Part shown: positions 12,545 to 25,800 of the stretch, one piece after another | How the letters are laid out: every line of letters begins with the position of its first letter | Position numbering within the stretch: the first letter of the stretch is position 1 | NCBI GenBank assembly: GCA_951406725.2 | Contig: OX597814.1 | Coordinates: 248,001 to 312,000, forward strand | Direction of reading: 5' to 3' | Origin: Octopus vulgaris | Taxonomy: Eukaryota | Length of the DNA: 64,000 nt | The notes under the pieces: model-generated | Told to the model about the DNA's origin: nothing | Databases searched by the model: none | What the model saw: the letters and a program-made list of their open reading frames with translations, nothing else | Made by a program: the position numbers and the translations under genes

Positions 12545-13847
12545 CAGTATTTTTGTCTCAGGGAGACCATGACAAATGACCAAGACCTTTGGCAACATGC
12601 TGTGCTTGGGTAGAAGACCCATCAAGCCAAGTAAAATCCAACTCATAACAAATACTAGAATCACACAACTGGCACCCCGTGCCAGTGGCACATAAAAGCA
12701 CCCATTACACTCTCAGAGTGGTTGGCGTTAGGAAGGGCATCCAACAGTAGAAACCTAGCCAGATCAGACTGAAGTTTGGTGCAGTCCCTCAGCTTGCTAG
12801 CTCTGGTCAAAAGCCATCCAACCCATACAAGTATGGACAACAGATATTAAATGATGAGACCAATCGATTAGATCGACCCCAGTATGCAACTGGTACTTAA
12901 ATTATCAACCCTGAAAAGATGAAAGGCAAAATTGACCTTGGCAGAATTTGAACTCAGAACATAAAGACGGACAAAATATATCATGGCACTCTGTCAGTTG
13001 TGACAACGAGGGTTCCAGTTGATCTGATCAACAGAATAGCCTGTTCATGAAATTAACGTGCAAGTGGCTGAGCACTCCACAGACACGTGTACCCTTAATG
13101 CAGTTCTTGGGGAGATTCAGCGTGATGTAGAGTGTGACAAGGCTGGCCCTTTGAAATACAGGTACAAGGAAAAACAGGAAGAAAGAGTGAAAGAAAGTTG
13201 TGGTGAAAAGAGTACAGCAGGGTTCACCACCACCACCACCCTGCCGGAGCTTCGTGGAGCTTTAGGTGTTTTTGCTCAATAAACACTCATAACACCTGGT
13301 CTGGGAATCGAAACCGCGATCCTACAACTGCGAGTCCGCTGCCCTAACCACTAGGCCACTGCACCTCCTCTGTAGTTACATAAGAGATCTTGACACATGA
13401 GAAGGGCTGATATAATTTCAAATGTCATTTTACTAAGGTGAACCACTCAACCGTATCAGGATAACGACAAAGTACAAAGGAGGCCAACAATAATGAGAGC
13501 AGCTGGTAAATGGAAACCATCAACTCTTAACCGTTCCTATAAGGTCCTGGGCTGGCTGGTCTTCTAGCCCCCCCCCCCCCGATCCACTTGTCTCTCCATA
13601 TCTCACCACCTAGCCCTGCACTAACCCCTATTCTCAATCCTTCCTCCTCGGTGTGTTATTGCTCTGGAATCTTCCCTCTGCTCATGTCTTTTCTATATAT
13701 ATATATATACACACACATGCATTCTCTTGAATCCTAGAAATATATATATATATATATGTATATATATGTCTTTATGTCTTTTCTATGTGTATATGTATAT
13801 ATATATATATTTCTAGGATTCAAAAGAATGCATGTGTGTATATATAT

Positions 13848-13920
<73 letters not shown>

Positions 13921-14018
13921 CAGACAGATAGATAGATAGGTTGATAGATAGATAGATAGATAGAGAGATATATAGGTAGATAGGTAGATAGATAGATGGA
14001 TGGATGGATGGATGGATA
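13848..14018. repeat. (GATA)n/(GGAT)n microsatellite
   Basis: Tetranucleotide repeats. Confidence 0.95.
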
Positions 14019-14769
14019 CACACACACACATCCATTCTCTTGAACCCTAGAAATTTTTTACTTATATCACGATTGTTTAATGCCTGCCTTCCATGCTGGC
14101 ATGGGTGGGACGGTTTGACAAGAGCTGACCAGGCAGATGCCTGCACCAGACTTCTGTGACTGTTTTGGCAGGATTTTTACAGCTGGATGCCCTTCCTAAC
14201 ACCAACCACTCAGTTGAGTAGACTTTTTACGTGGCACGAGCACAAGCAAAATCAGTTTTGGCAAGGTTCTTACAGCTGGATATCCTTCCAAATGCCCACC
14301 ACTTTACAGTGTGAACTGGGAGCTTTTAAGTGGCACCTTCACTGACAGGGTCACCAAGTACTTGCACAACAACAAAAAGAAATATATCCTGTCTCTTTCT
14401 CTTAGATCTTTTCTAAAAGAAAATATTTCTCCAGCATTCACTATTTTTACCCTCATTCTGCTCTAACAACCTTCCATGTTTGTTTTTGTTCTTTTTCCTT
14501 ATCTGTCTCCACTGTCCTGTTTTTACTCCCAACTTTGACCCTCCATAAGTCCCAAATTTTATTTTGGCACGTATGGGAGCAACTGTGTTCAAAGACTCAA
14601 ATTGTCATTCAATGCTCGAAATGTGGAGTAGACAGACAGCTGACAACTGATGAAGGGTCGTTCTTTATGTTACTTGTCCTGCCTTCTATTTGTTTCTCCC
14701 ATTGTTTGCATATTGAACTCATTTGCTTTCATGTTGCTACTCTTTCTGGTAATGTCCTGTACCCATATA

Positions 14770-14842
<73 letters not shown>

Positions 14843-14853
14843 ATATAAATAAA

Positions 14854-15404
14854 CGAGTGAGTCAAAAGGTAATGCCATTTTGTTTAGGACAGGTATAATT
14901 ACCTACACAGAACATGTATCATACATCAAAATGAAGCTGGTCTTCTGTGGATCACATCCATACTTCTCAACATAGTCACCGTTTCTCTCAACAGCAATGT
15001 TCCACCTTTGAATGAGAGCATGTATCCCTGCCTCGAAAAATTCTGTTGACTGTTCTTTGAGCCACTTCTTCACTACAGTTTTCACTTCCTCATCACTGGA
15101 ATAATTTGTACCTTCAGACTATCATCTCTTCAGCCCCATGAAAGAGGGTTTGAGAGGCAAACATTATTCCAGTGATGAAGAAGTGAAAACTGTAGTGAAG
15201 AAGTGGCTCAAAGAACAGTCAACAGAATTTTACGGGGCAGGGATACATGCTCTCATTCGAAGGTGGAACATTGCTATTGAGAGAAACGGTGACTATGTTA
15301 AGAAGTATGGGATGTGATCCACAGAGGACAAGCTTCATTTTTGATGTATGTGTTAGGTAATTATACCTGTTCTAAATAAAATGGCATTACCATTTGACTC
15401 ATCC
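14854..15404. mobile_element. Fold-back mariner derivative made of two inverted copies of the transposase 3' end
   Basis: Both arms encode EVKTVVKKWLKEQSTEF..AGIHALI.RWNIA.ERNGDYV.K in opposite orientations; termini GAGTCAAAAGGTAATGCCATTT / AAATGGCATTACCATTTGACTC. Confidence 0.8.
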
Positions 15405-15571
15405 GATTCTAGGTTGTCCATTCATCAAATGAAGTAAGACAAATTTTTCATGTTTGTTGCACACACACGTCTTTGCTAGTAAATACGCAGTGAAGCTATA
15501 CAATAGCGTTGTATTTGTATCGATTGCTATTTTCCAGTAAATATTTGGTGCCATGTTGTACCACTTATCTG

Positions 15572-15622
<51 letters not shown>

Positions 15623-15935
15623 GCATGTATATATATATTATATATGTGTGTGTGTGTGTGATGTATATATATATATATATATAATGTGTCTTATTATAGC
15701 AGTTCTGTAAACTTATGTACTATTTATAGTAGATATATAAATGTGTACTGAAATCTGTGTCAAGATAATAGTCTGGCAACACAGTGTACACATCTGTGTG
15801 TGGGGGGGAAGGGCAGAGGAGGTGGGTAAATACTCTTCAAACTGACAATGAAACAATACTTAAGTAACACTTAAGATAACGATTGATTATGTAAATATCT
15901 AAGAGTGGGTATATTGGGATACTTGACTTTATAGC

Positions 15936-16035
15936 NNNNNNNNNNNNNNNNNNNNNNNNNNNNNNNNNNNNNNNNNNNNNNNNNNNNNNNNNNNNNNNNN
16001 NNNNNNNNNNNNNNNNNNNNNNNNNNNNNNNNNNN
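15936..16035. other. Assembly gap (100 N)
   Basis: Run of n characters. Confidence 1.
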
Positions 16036-16485
16036 GCTCTACAGTGCAGGGGAGATAACTCGTTGTTCTTTCACAAAGTGATTTTGGAGATATACTTGCA
16101 TAGCAAGTGACCTGATCTGAGATCGTGTGCTGAAAGAAAAACAACTGCAGCGTGGAAGGTGTTTATAAGCCATTTAAAAAAACACAAAAACCATTCACTT
16201 CAACATTTAAATTTAATTTGTCAAAATATTTTCGTCGATTTGAAGCCATACTGCATAGCACGGAATTTTGTCAGTGAAGAGGTCGCGGTTTCGAAGCGAC
16301 GAAAATATTTTGACAAATTAAATTTAAATTTTGAAGTGAATCTAACGGTTTTTGTGTGTTTTTAAGTGGCTTATAAACACCTTCAACGCTGCAGTTTTTG
16401 TTTCAGCACACGACCTCAGATCAGGTCACTTGCTATGCAAGTACATCTCCAAAATTACTTTGTGAAAGAACAGCGAGTTGTAGAG
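16036..16485. repeat. Long palindromic element (~200-bp arms) with HHR-like motif
   Basis: Arms are reverse complements around about 16250; same family at 55223-55551. Confidence 0.85.
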
Positions 16486-18235
16486 CTGTAGAGCTGTGAT
16501 CCCCAACCTGTGGTCCGCGGACCCCTGATTGTGAAAGTTGTATCAAACTGCTTTCATCGTGACCGAGCAAACCTATTAAAAACAACAACATTCCAACCCA
16601 GATAATTTTGCTGGTTAAATGTACCTTGGATAACACCATCCAATGGACCTTTTGATGACACTCGACTAACAAATAAGTGGGATTTGGTTGTTATTTCTAG
16701 CAGATTAAGAGACTTCGTAGACGCTTCCTCTTTGACATAAATTAATTATTCACCTTTTACTCGTTTCACTCATTAGACTGCGGCCATGCTGGAGGCACTG
16801 CATCGAAGTCAAACAACTCGACCCAGTGCTTTATTCTTTTATTCTTTTACCTCTTTCAGTCATTTGACTGTGGCCATGCTGGAGCACCGCCTTTAGTCGA
16901 ACAAATCGACCCCAGGACTTATCCTATCGGTCTCTTTTGCCGAAACGTAAAGTCATGGGGGCGTAAACACACCAACATCGGTTGTCTCATAGACACACAC
17001 ACACACATATACGACAGGCTTCTTTCAGTTTCCATCTACTAAATTCACTCACAAGGCTTTGGTCGGCCCAAGGCTGTAGTAGAAGACACTTGCCCAAGAT
17101 GCCACGCAGTGGGACTGAACCCGGAAACATGTGGTTGGTAAGCAAGCTACTTACCACAGAGCCACTCCTGCGGCTATATAGTTTAACTCCTGGATTTTTA
17201 CACCTATTAGACTGGGTTCTTTTTTTTTTTTTTTTTTTTGTGACCGGGAGTTAAACTATATTATTTTCTACTCCAGGCAAAGCCCGAAATTTTGGGGGAG
17301 TAGAGCATTTGATTAGATCGACTCCAGTACGCAACTGGTACATTTAATTTATCGACCCCGAAAGGATGAAGGGCAAAGTCGACCTCAGTGGAATTTGAAC
17401 TCAGAACGTAGCGGCAGACGAAATACCTCTTTCTTTACTACCCACAAGGGGCTAAACACAGAGAGGACAAACTAGGACAGACAAACGGATTAAGTCGATT
17501 ACATTGACCCCAGTGCGTAACTGGTACTTATTTAATCGACCCCGAAAGGATGAAAGGCAAAGTCGACCTCGGCGGAATTTGAACTCAGAACGTAGCGGCA
17601 GTCGAAATATCGCTATGCACTTCGCCTGGCGTGCTAACCATTCTGCCATCTCGCCGCCTGTAATATTAATGCAAGTATCTCGGAAACTAAACGAACAAAA
17701 GGTATAAAGAGTTGCCTCCCCTGGACCATAGTCGCTTTTAGCTTTCGTAACATTGAAACTGGAAGAAAGATTAAATATGAGGCTGACCTGCAAATTAGCG
17801 CCCCTCCTTCTTTGTGTCTTCATAATTTTCTGAGAAATGCATACTTTTTAATGAAATTTTGCAGCAGTGTGCTTTCGAGAGTGTAGTTTACAATTTCGTT
17901 GATAAAATGTTTTCGCCTTGTCCTGACATGACGTGATAGGGGCAACGGCTGTTTGCTTCATATAAACATTGGCATTCGTTTCTAATGTTCCACGAAAACG
18001 TGCCTGGCCATCAGGTAATATTACCTTGCTTACAAACCAGTATGGATTTGGTGACAGGAAGGGATTCTGGCCATAGAACATCTGCCTCAACGAATTCCAT
18101 CTGACCCATGCAAGCAAGGAAAAGGGGACATTGAAATGATGGTGATGTACTGTAGCAATGTGAAATAAATTGTCTTGCTCAAGGACACAACTTACTGCTT
18201 GGAATGGGACTTGAACCCCTGATCTAACCATTGTT

Positions 18236-18266
<31 letters not shown>

Positions 18267-18638
18267 CCCGTTTAACGTCCGCTTTCCATGCTGGCATGGG
18301 TTGGACAGTTTGACTGAAAATGGGTAAGCTGTGGGGGGGGGGGGGGCTGCACCAGGTTATGATCTGATTTGGCAAGGTTTCTACGGCTGGATGCTCTTCC
18401 TAACGCCAACCATTCCGAGAACGTTGTGGATGCCTTTTACGTACCACCAGCATCAGTGCCATTGACCTGACGCCAGCATCAGCCATGACTACAGTCTCAC
18501 TTGGCTTGACAGGTCAACACAAGCGCAGTATATCGCCAAGGGCCTTGGTCACAAGTCACTGCTTCCATGAGGCCCAACGCTCGAATGGTACTTTTTGCAT
18601 GCCATCAGCCACATCTATGATTAACTGGTATGATTAAA

Positions 18639-18872
18639 GGCGGCGAGCTGGCAGAAACGTTAGCATGTCGGGCGAAATGCTTTGTGGTATTTCGCCCTCC
18701 GCTGCGTTCTGAGTTCAAATTCCGCTGAGGTAGACTTTGCCTTTCATCCTTTCGGGGCCGATTAAACAAGTACCAGTTACGCACTGGGGTCGATGTAATC
18801 GACTTAATCCGTTTGTCTGTCCTTGTTTGTCCCCTCTGTGTTTAGCCCCTTGTGGGTAGTAAAGAAATAGGT
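18639..18872 (+). mobile_element. tRNA-derived SINE family B with Meta/MESC-like core (representative copy)
   Basis: GCCTTTCATCCTTTCGGGGTCGAT...AAGTACCAG core after GAGTTCAAATTCC B box; other copies about 11670-11900-, 17270-17660-, 30030-30490+ (two), 33120-33335-, 36580-36967-, 42030-42255-, 60970-61170-. Confidence 0.8.
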
Positions 18873-19244
18873 ATCAGCCACGTCAACCTTTAAACTAGGA
18901 CATACAAAAACACACAAGCATTCAGAAATGTGCCACCAGTCAATAACCAGCAATCAAGCGCTGCCATACTCTGAGCGTCTTTCTTCCCTGAGCATGGATA
19001 AATTAAAGCTCTGACATCTAGTTACCAACTTGACAGATATCCATCCACAATATTATCCGCCATCTCTCCAACAAAAAGCTTAGACAACTTTTTGATTTTC
19101 ATATGTCTAACACTCACGAACATGCTTACAAAATCGAAACACAACACAACACCCATGACTTCTGGAAATATTTCGTCATGCTCAGAATTGTTGAAGCGTG
19201 GAATAAACTACCCACATCCTTCAACACTCCCATGCTTCTCAAAG

Positions 19245-19870
19245 ACAGCTGTGTAAAAGAAGTGCCGATCTCTAACTGTGGAGGGAACCTATGGAAGAGG
19301 TCGACTCAGGAAGACATGGGACAAAGTGTTGAAGCATGATCTTCAAACGTTGAGCCTCCCTGGGGCAATGACTGGTGACTGAGACCTTTGGCGATGTGCT
19401 GTGCTTGAGGGGACCCATCAAGCCAAGTGCTCCCATGCTGGTGACACGTAAAGAACACCTTTTGAATGTTGGGCCTCACAGAGAAAAAGTGGCTGAGTTC
19501 CTTTCGAGTGTTGGGCCTCATGGAGGCAAAGTGGCAGATGCTGGTGGCATGTGAAAAGCTTCTTACAAGTGTTGGGCCTCGCGGAGGCAATGACTGAAAC
19601 CTTTGGCATTATGTTGTACATGAGAAGACCCATCAAACTGAACAAAATTGCAGTTGCGGCAGATACCAGTGTCATGCAAATTGGCACCCATGCCGGTGGC
19701 ACGTAAAAGCACCCATCACACTCTCGGAGTGGTTGGCATTAGGAAGGGCATTCAGCTTTAGAAAACCATGCCAAATCAGACTAGAGTCTGGTGCAGCCTT
19801 CCAGCTTACCAACCCTGGTCAAACTGCCCGAACCGTGCCAACATGGACAACAGACATTAAATGATGGTGA
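19245..19870 (+). mobile_element. Longer family C copy including RTE-like ORF end
   Basis: GRGRLRKTWDKVLKHDLQTL...LWRCAVL-like coding remnant precedes the repeat-containing tail. Confidence 0.6.
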
Positions 19871-20337
19871 TGATGGTGATGGTACTGGTGGTGATGATGA
19901 TGATGAGGAGGAGGAGGAGGAGGATGGTGATGATGATGGTGATGGTGCTGGTGGTGATGATGATGATGAGGAGGAGGAGGAGGAGGATGGTGATGATGAT
20001 GGTGCTGGTGGTGATGATGATGATGAGAGGAGGAAGGGGATGGTGATGATGATGAGGAGGAGGAGGATGGTGGTGATGGTGCTGGTGGTGATGATGATGA
20101 TGATGAGGAGGAGGAGGAGGATGGTGATGATGATGGTGCTGGTGGTGATGATGATGATGAGAGGAGGAGGAGGATGGTGATGATGATGAGGAGGATGGTG
20201 GTGATGGTGCTGGTGGTGATGATGATGATGAGGAGGAGGAGGATGGTGATGATGATGAGGAGGGTGATGGTGGTGATGATGAGGATGGTGATGATGGTGG
20301 TGATGGTGATGATGGTGGTGATGATGATGAGGATGGA
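19860..20337. repeat. (GAT/GGT/GAG)n compound repeat grown from a family C tail
   Basis: Directly follows ...GACATTAAATGATG. Confidence 0.9.
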
Positions 20338-21246
20338 TACCCCTGATAGCCACCCTCTTGTTTGACCAATTCCTCCACTCTTTATTTTCTGTGCATTATT
20401 CTACTTTCCCGTTCACCCACATTTTGGCTCCTTTTCATCATGACTGGTGGAATGGCCCCTGAGCCCTGTACAAAATAAGTCCATTGTATTCTTCACTCCT
20501 CCGCTGCCATTCCATCAGTCATGACGACAACAACAAGGGTTCCAGGTGACCCAATCAACAAAACAGCCTGCTCATGAAATCAACTTGCAAGTGGCTGAGT
20601 GCTCCACAGACACGCACTCCCTTAGTGTAGGTAGTTCTTGGGGTGGTTCAGTGTGACACAGAGCATGACAAGGCTTACCCTTATGAATTACAGGTACTAC
20701 AAATGTTTACTCGCTAAGTACTCTGGAGTAACATGAAATAAAGTGTCTTGCTCAAGGATACAACAGGCAAGTGAGAATTGAACTTGTGACCTAAGGATTA
20801 TGTTATGATGTGGTGTTTTCCAGTTATAATGTGTGGTTACCACTGCTATGACTGTAGCTGTTGCGTCCACTCTAGTAGTCACAATATTTTCTTGGTACCA
20901 TGTAAAGTGTATCTCTTCTATGCTGGAATGGTAACACACAGCTTTGTCTAACCCTAACCCTACCACCGATAGCTCTGCAAGACTTCAACTTTGAACCGTC
21001 CACCTTGACTGTGACTCGAACTCAACTATAACACATAACTGACACTTAACTCCAACTGAGAACTATAACAACTGACACATGACTCCCTCTACTGGCTGAT
21101 GTCGTCTCACTTCATAGTGGCTGGTTCATACCACATGTCCCTTGGGAGGGGTGTACCATTTCCACTACAACAGATTATAAGCTGTTCATGATTGTTGAGA
21201 CAAATTCGTTTATATGATTAATTTGTTATCTTTTAATTAGAGAAAG

Positions 21247-21402
21247 ATGTCGTTAAAGCGTGCAATTTCCTGCCTGCTGTTGTTTGCCATCATCACAGCA
21301 GTGAACTCTGACATTTTCTGTCAAAGTCCCCGTGGTTCCAATAACAGACTCAATGAAAAATCAGCCCAACGCAAAGAAGCAAACCGTTTGTTTGACTCTC
21401 AG
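21247..21402 (+). CDS. DD3-3: DD3-3-like coding exon 1 (signal peptide; MSLKRAIS...RLFDSQ)
   Basis: Acceptor-like ttttaattAG at 21239-40 implies an upstream 5'UTR exon; ATG 21247; hydrophobic leader ending AVNS; donor CAG|GTAAAA, phase 0. Confidence 0.9.
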
Positions 21403-22805
21403 GTAAAAACACCTTTCCTCTTCAGTTCACTTCTGCTCTTGTTTTGCTTTCTTTTGTTGTTTTTATTATTATTATTATTTTAGGTGATCCTGAGGCTGCA
21501 AAAAAACAAAACAGTATACAGCAATCCCTCACTATATCACAGTTCCCCTATTAGGGTTCACCTATCACAGTTCACCTATCAGGGTTCACCTATCAGGGTT
21601 CACCTATCACAGTTCACTTATTAGGGTTCACCTATCACAGTTCATCTATCGGGGTTCACCTATCGCTGTTCACCTGTTGCGGTCCACCTATTGCAGTTCA
21701 CCTATTGCAGTTCACCTATCACAGTTCACCTATCACAGTTCACCTATCAGGGTTCACCTATCACAGTTCACTTATTGGGGTTCACCTATCACAGTTCATC
21801 TATCGGGGTTCACCTATCGCTGTTCACCTGTTGCGGTCCACCTATTGCAGTTCACCTATTGCAGTTCACCTATCACATTCCACCTCTCACAGTTCACCTA
21901 TTGCAATCCACCTCTCGCAGTTCACCTCTCGCAGTTCACCTATCACAGTTCACCTATCACAGTTCAGCTATCACGGTTCACCTATCATAGTCCACATCTT
22001 GCAGTTCACCTATCATGGTCCACCTCTTGCGGTTCACCTATCACAGTTCACCTCTCGCAGTTCACCTATCACAGGTCACCTATCACAGTTCACCTATCAC
22101 AGTTCACCTATCACAGTTCACCTATCACAGTTCACCTATCACAGTCCATCTATCACAGTCCACCTATCACGGTCCACTTCTTGCGGTTCACCTATCATGG
22201 TCCACTTCTTGCGGTTCACCTATCATGGTCCACTTCTTGCGGTTCACCTATCACAGTTCACCTCTCACAGTTCACCTATCACAGTTCACCTATCACAGTT
22301 CACCTATCACAGTTCACCTATCACGGTTCACCTATCACAGTCCATCTATCACAGTCCACCTATCATGGTCCACTTCTTGCGGTTCACCTATCACGGTCCA
22401 CCTATCGCAGTCCACCTATCACGGTCCACTTATTGCAGTTATTATTATTTAAGCTTGTCTCGATTCCTCCGTTGTGTTGTTTTGCATTTATAATAAAATA
22501 AATATACACAAATTATAAAAAGAATAGAAAAAATATACAGGACAGTACTATTTCTGCTTCGCAGATTTTCACGTATTGCAGGGGGTTTTGGAACGTAAAA
22601 CCCGCAATAGTCGAGGGTTAACTATACTGGGATATTTTGGCGCAGGCGTGGCTGTGTGGTAAGAAGCTTGCTTCCCAACCACATGGTTTCAGTTCCAGTC
22701 CCACTGCATGGCACCTTGGGCAAGTGTCTTCTACTATGACCTTGGGCTGACCAAAGCCTTGTGAGTGGATTTGGTGGACGGAAACTGAAAGAAGCCCATC
22801 ATATA

Positions 22806-22882
<77 letters not shown>

Positions 22883-25800
22883 ATGTGTATTTGTGTGCCT
22901 GTATTTGTCGATGCCAGGTCTGACTGACTGCCCCACTCTCCTTGTTTCGGCGGCATGTAAAAAGCACTATCTGAACATGATCGAAGCCAGGCTGGTTCCT
23001 GTGCAGGTGGCACATAAAAAGCATCCACTACACTCTTGGAGTGGCTGGCATTAGGAAGGGTATCCAGCTGTAGAAACCTTGCTAGATCAGACTGGAGCCT
23101 GGTGCAGCCTTCTGGCTCTCCAAACCTCAGTCAAACTGTCCAACCCATGCCAGCATGGGAAATTGATGTTAAATGATGATGATGATGATGATGATAGATA
23201 TTTTGGTTTTTCTCTTCAGAACAACAACAAAGGTGGTTACAATGTTGGTGATGCTACAGACGCAGCAGCAAAGAAGGTCGAAGATCAATACCAAATGGTG
23301 AGCAGAACTCGTTATTTTTTTTTTATGCTAAACTCATTTAGGAAACAAAATGAGAAGCCCTTTCTTATTTGGTGATCCTTCTCCATTTCTTGTTGTTTCA
23401 GAAATACTTCCAGAGTGCTTCCATATCAAGGAAAGATCCAAAGAAGGGCAACACCTTTCTGAAACTGGAATGGGTCAACCAGCATGGTTGTGGCGTAGAT
23501 GATGAGAAGGACCCAAACAAGAAGCGGTGCAATATAATTTTGCAGTACATGTGTCAGAAAATGGACCCTGGTCAGTTGTTTCTTAGTAATAAAAATAAGG
23601 CCTGTAAATTTGGGTGGGGGCGATGGGGAAAGTTGACCCCATATGAATAAGTTTATGTTAGAGTGAATGAATTAGTAGCTTAAAACATGAACTTGTATAT
23701 CGATATGGATGAGTTAGTATCATACTCATCCTCCTCACCATCATCATCGTTTAACGTCCGCTTTCTATGCTAGTATGGGTTGGACAGTTTGACTGAGGGC
23801 TGGCGAACCAGATGGCTGCACCAGGCTCCAGTCTTGATCTGGCAGAGTTTCTACAGCTGGATGCCCTTCCTAACGCCATATAAAACTTGTATTCTGTTTC
23901 ATATTTGTTATTTCTGAATCATAGTTAGTTGGAGGAGAAAAAAATAGTTGGAGGAACAAAAGTAAGTCTTAAACTATAAACAGGGATAATATAGAAACGT
24001 TAGCAATTATTGATATGAAAGCCTTTAGCTATGAAATTACAGATGATGTAAAAAGAGCCTAACATTCTGTTAAGTGAGCAGAATTATAAATGAGATTCTT
24101 CTTACAGATATGTTGCAGATATAACTGTCTCCTCTTCAGATAAACTGCAACCATAATTTCCCAGCTACATCATCATCATAATCCTCATTATCATCGTTTA
24201 ATGTCCGCTTTCCATGCTAGCATGGGTTGGACGATTTGACTGAGGGCTAGCAAATCAGATGGCTGCACCAGTCTCCTATCTTGATCTAGCAGAGTTTCTA
24301 CAGCTGGATGCACTTCCTAATGCCAACCACTCCGAGAGTGTAGTGGGTGCTTTTACATGCCACCGGCATGGGGCCAGTCAGGTGGCACTGGCACCGACCT
24401 TGCTCGAATCTTTTACACATGTCACTGGCACGGGTGCCAGTAAGGTGATGCTGGTAACGATCCTGCTCGAATGGTGCCCTTTTACATGCCACCGGCACAA
24501 AGCCAGTTACCCGCTCTGGCAACGATCACGCTCAGATGGTGCTCTTGGCACCCTACTAGCACAGGGCACAAGTGCCAGTAAAGCGAAGCTGTTAATGATC
24601 ACACTCAAATGGTGCCTTTTATGTGCCACTGGCACGGAAGCCAATTAGCTGCTCTGTCAACGATCACACTCGTATGGTGCTCGTGCCCGTCATTGAATTT
24701 CACTTTGATTTTGATTTTGATTTATTATTTTTATTATTATTATTATCAATATTAATTAACGATTACTCAACAATAATTATATTACAGACGATAAGCTTGA
24801 CGTATTGAGAGATGGAGTGAACACTAATAAACAAAATTTCAATGAGAATAACGTAAATCCCAAGACTCGTAAGGAGAGTCATAAAATTAAGGGTAAAGCT
24901 GTTAAAGCAGATTCTGGCCTTCACGAGACCTGGGATTGGTATCACAAATGTTATCAACGTGAACGAAATAATGGTAAGTTTTGGTAGTTCCCTATTTTCT
25001 GCTAAGATCTTTAAATAATTTATTTTTACAACTAGGTAAGCAAAGTCACTAAAAGTTAAATGCCTTTAGAAGGATTAGAACTCACCAGTGAGAATATATG
25101 AACTGTTGATATTTCAAACACCTTAACAACTCAACCATCTGAATTCTCTAGATTTCTTTCCTTAATCTCTCTCTATATAAAGCTGAAGCTGTGTGTGTGT
25201 CTGGCAGGTTTGGTAGCCTTCAACTAACACTATCTCCTCCGAGACCCTGCAGCACAAGTTGACCAAAATTGAGAGTATGATAGAAGAAGGCTTGCTCTTT
25301 ATTCCATAAAAGATAAAATTCAAATCAGACCATGTTAACACCAAAAATTATTTACATCAAAAAGGTGCTTTTTTTTTTCTATGAAAATCCCTATTTTTTA
25401 CGATTTTTTTACTGCTGTGTCGCCATTTTTCAGTGTATTTCAACTAGAAAAATGTTCACTTAAAGAGAATAATAAGCTACATAATGTGAAATTTTTACTT
25501 TTCAAAAATTCCAATTCTAAAGGGTCGAAACAAACCCGAGCAACGCCAGGCGATACTGCTAGTAACTGATAAAACTAGCAGAATCTATGGAAATTCTGTT
25601 TTACAAATATTCTTATTGCAAAACCTCAGGGGAAATGCATTTATCATTCCCATAAATCAGTGCAGCAACAATGTCTTGCTCCAACATCATCCTCATCATC
25701 ATCATCCTCATCATCATCCTCATCATTATCATTTAATGTCCGTTTTCCATGCTGGCAAGTTTCTTATCACACAGCCATGCCTACACATATATATTTACAG

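Noticed and set aside
17703-17830. TATAAA box as possible DD3-3 promoter and 5'UTR exon
   Set aside because: No convincing donor site nearby; cannot be supported without transcript data
19781-20378. His/Pro/Ser- and Asp/Glu-rich ORFs
   Set aside because: Compound trinucleotide repeat expanded from a retroelement tail
21677-22501. Overlapping 260-270-aa repetitive ORFs; CRISPR-like periodicity
   Set aside because: 14-bp tandem minisatellite with no unique spacers; eukaryotic intron
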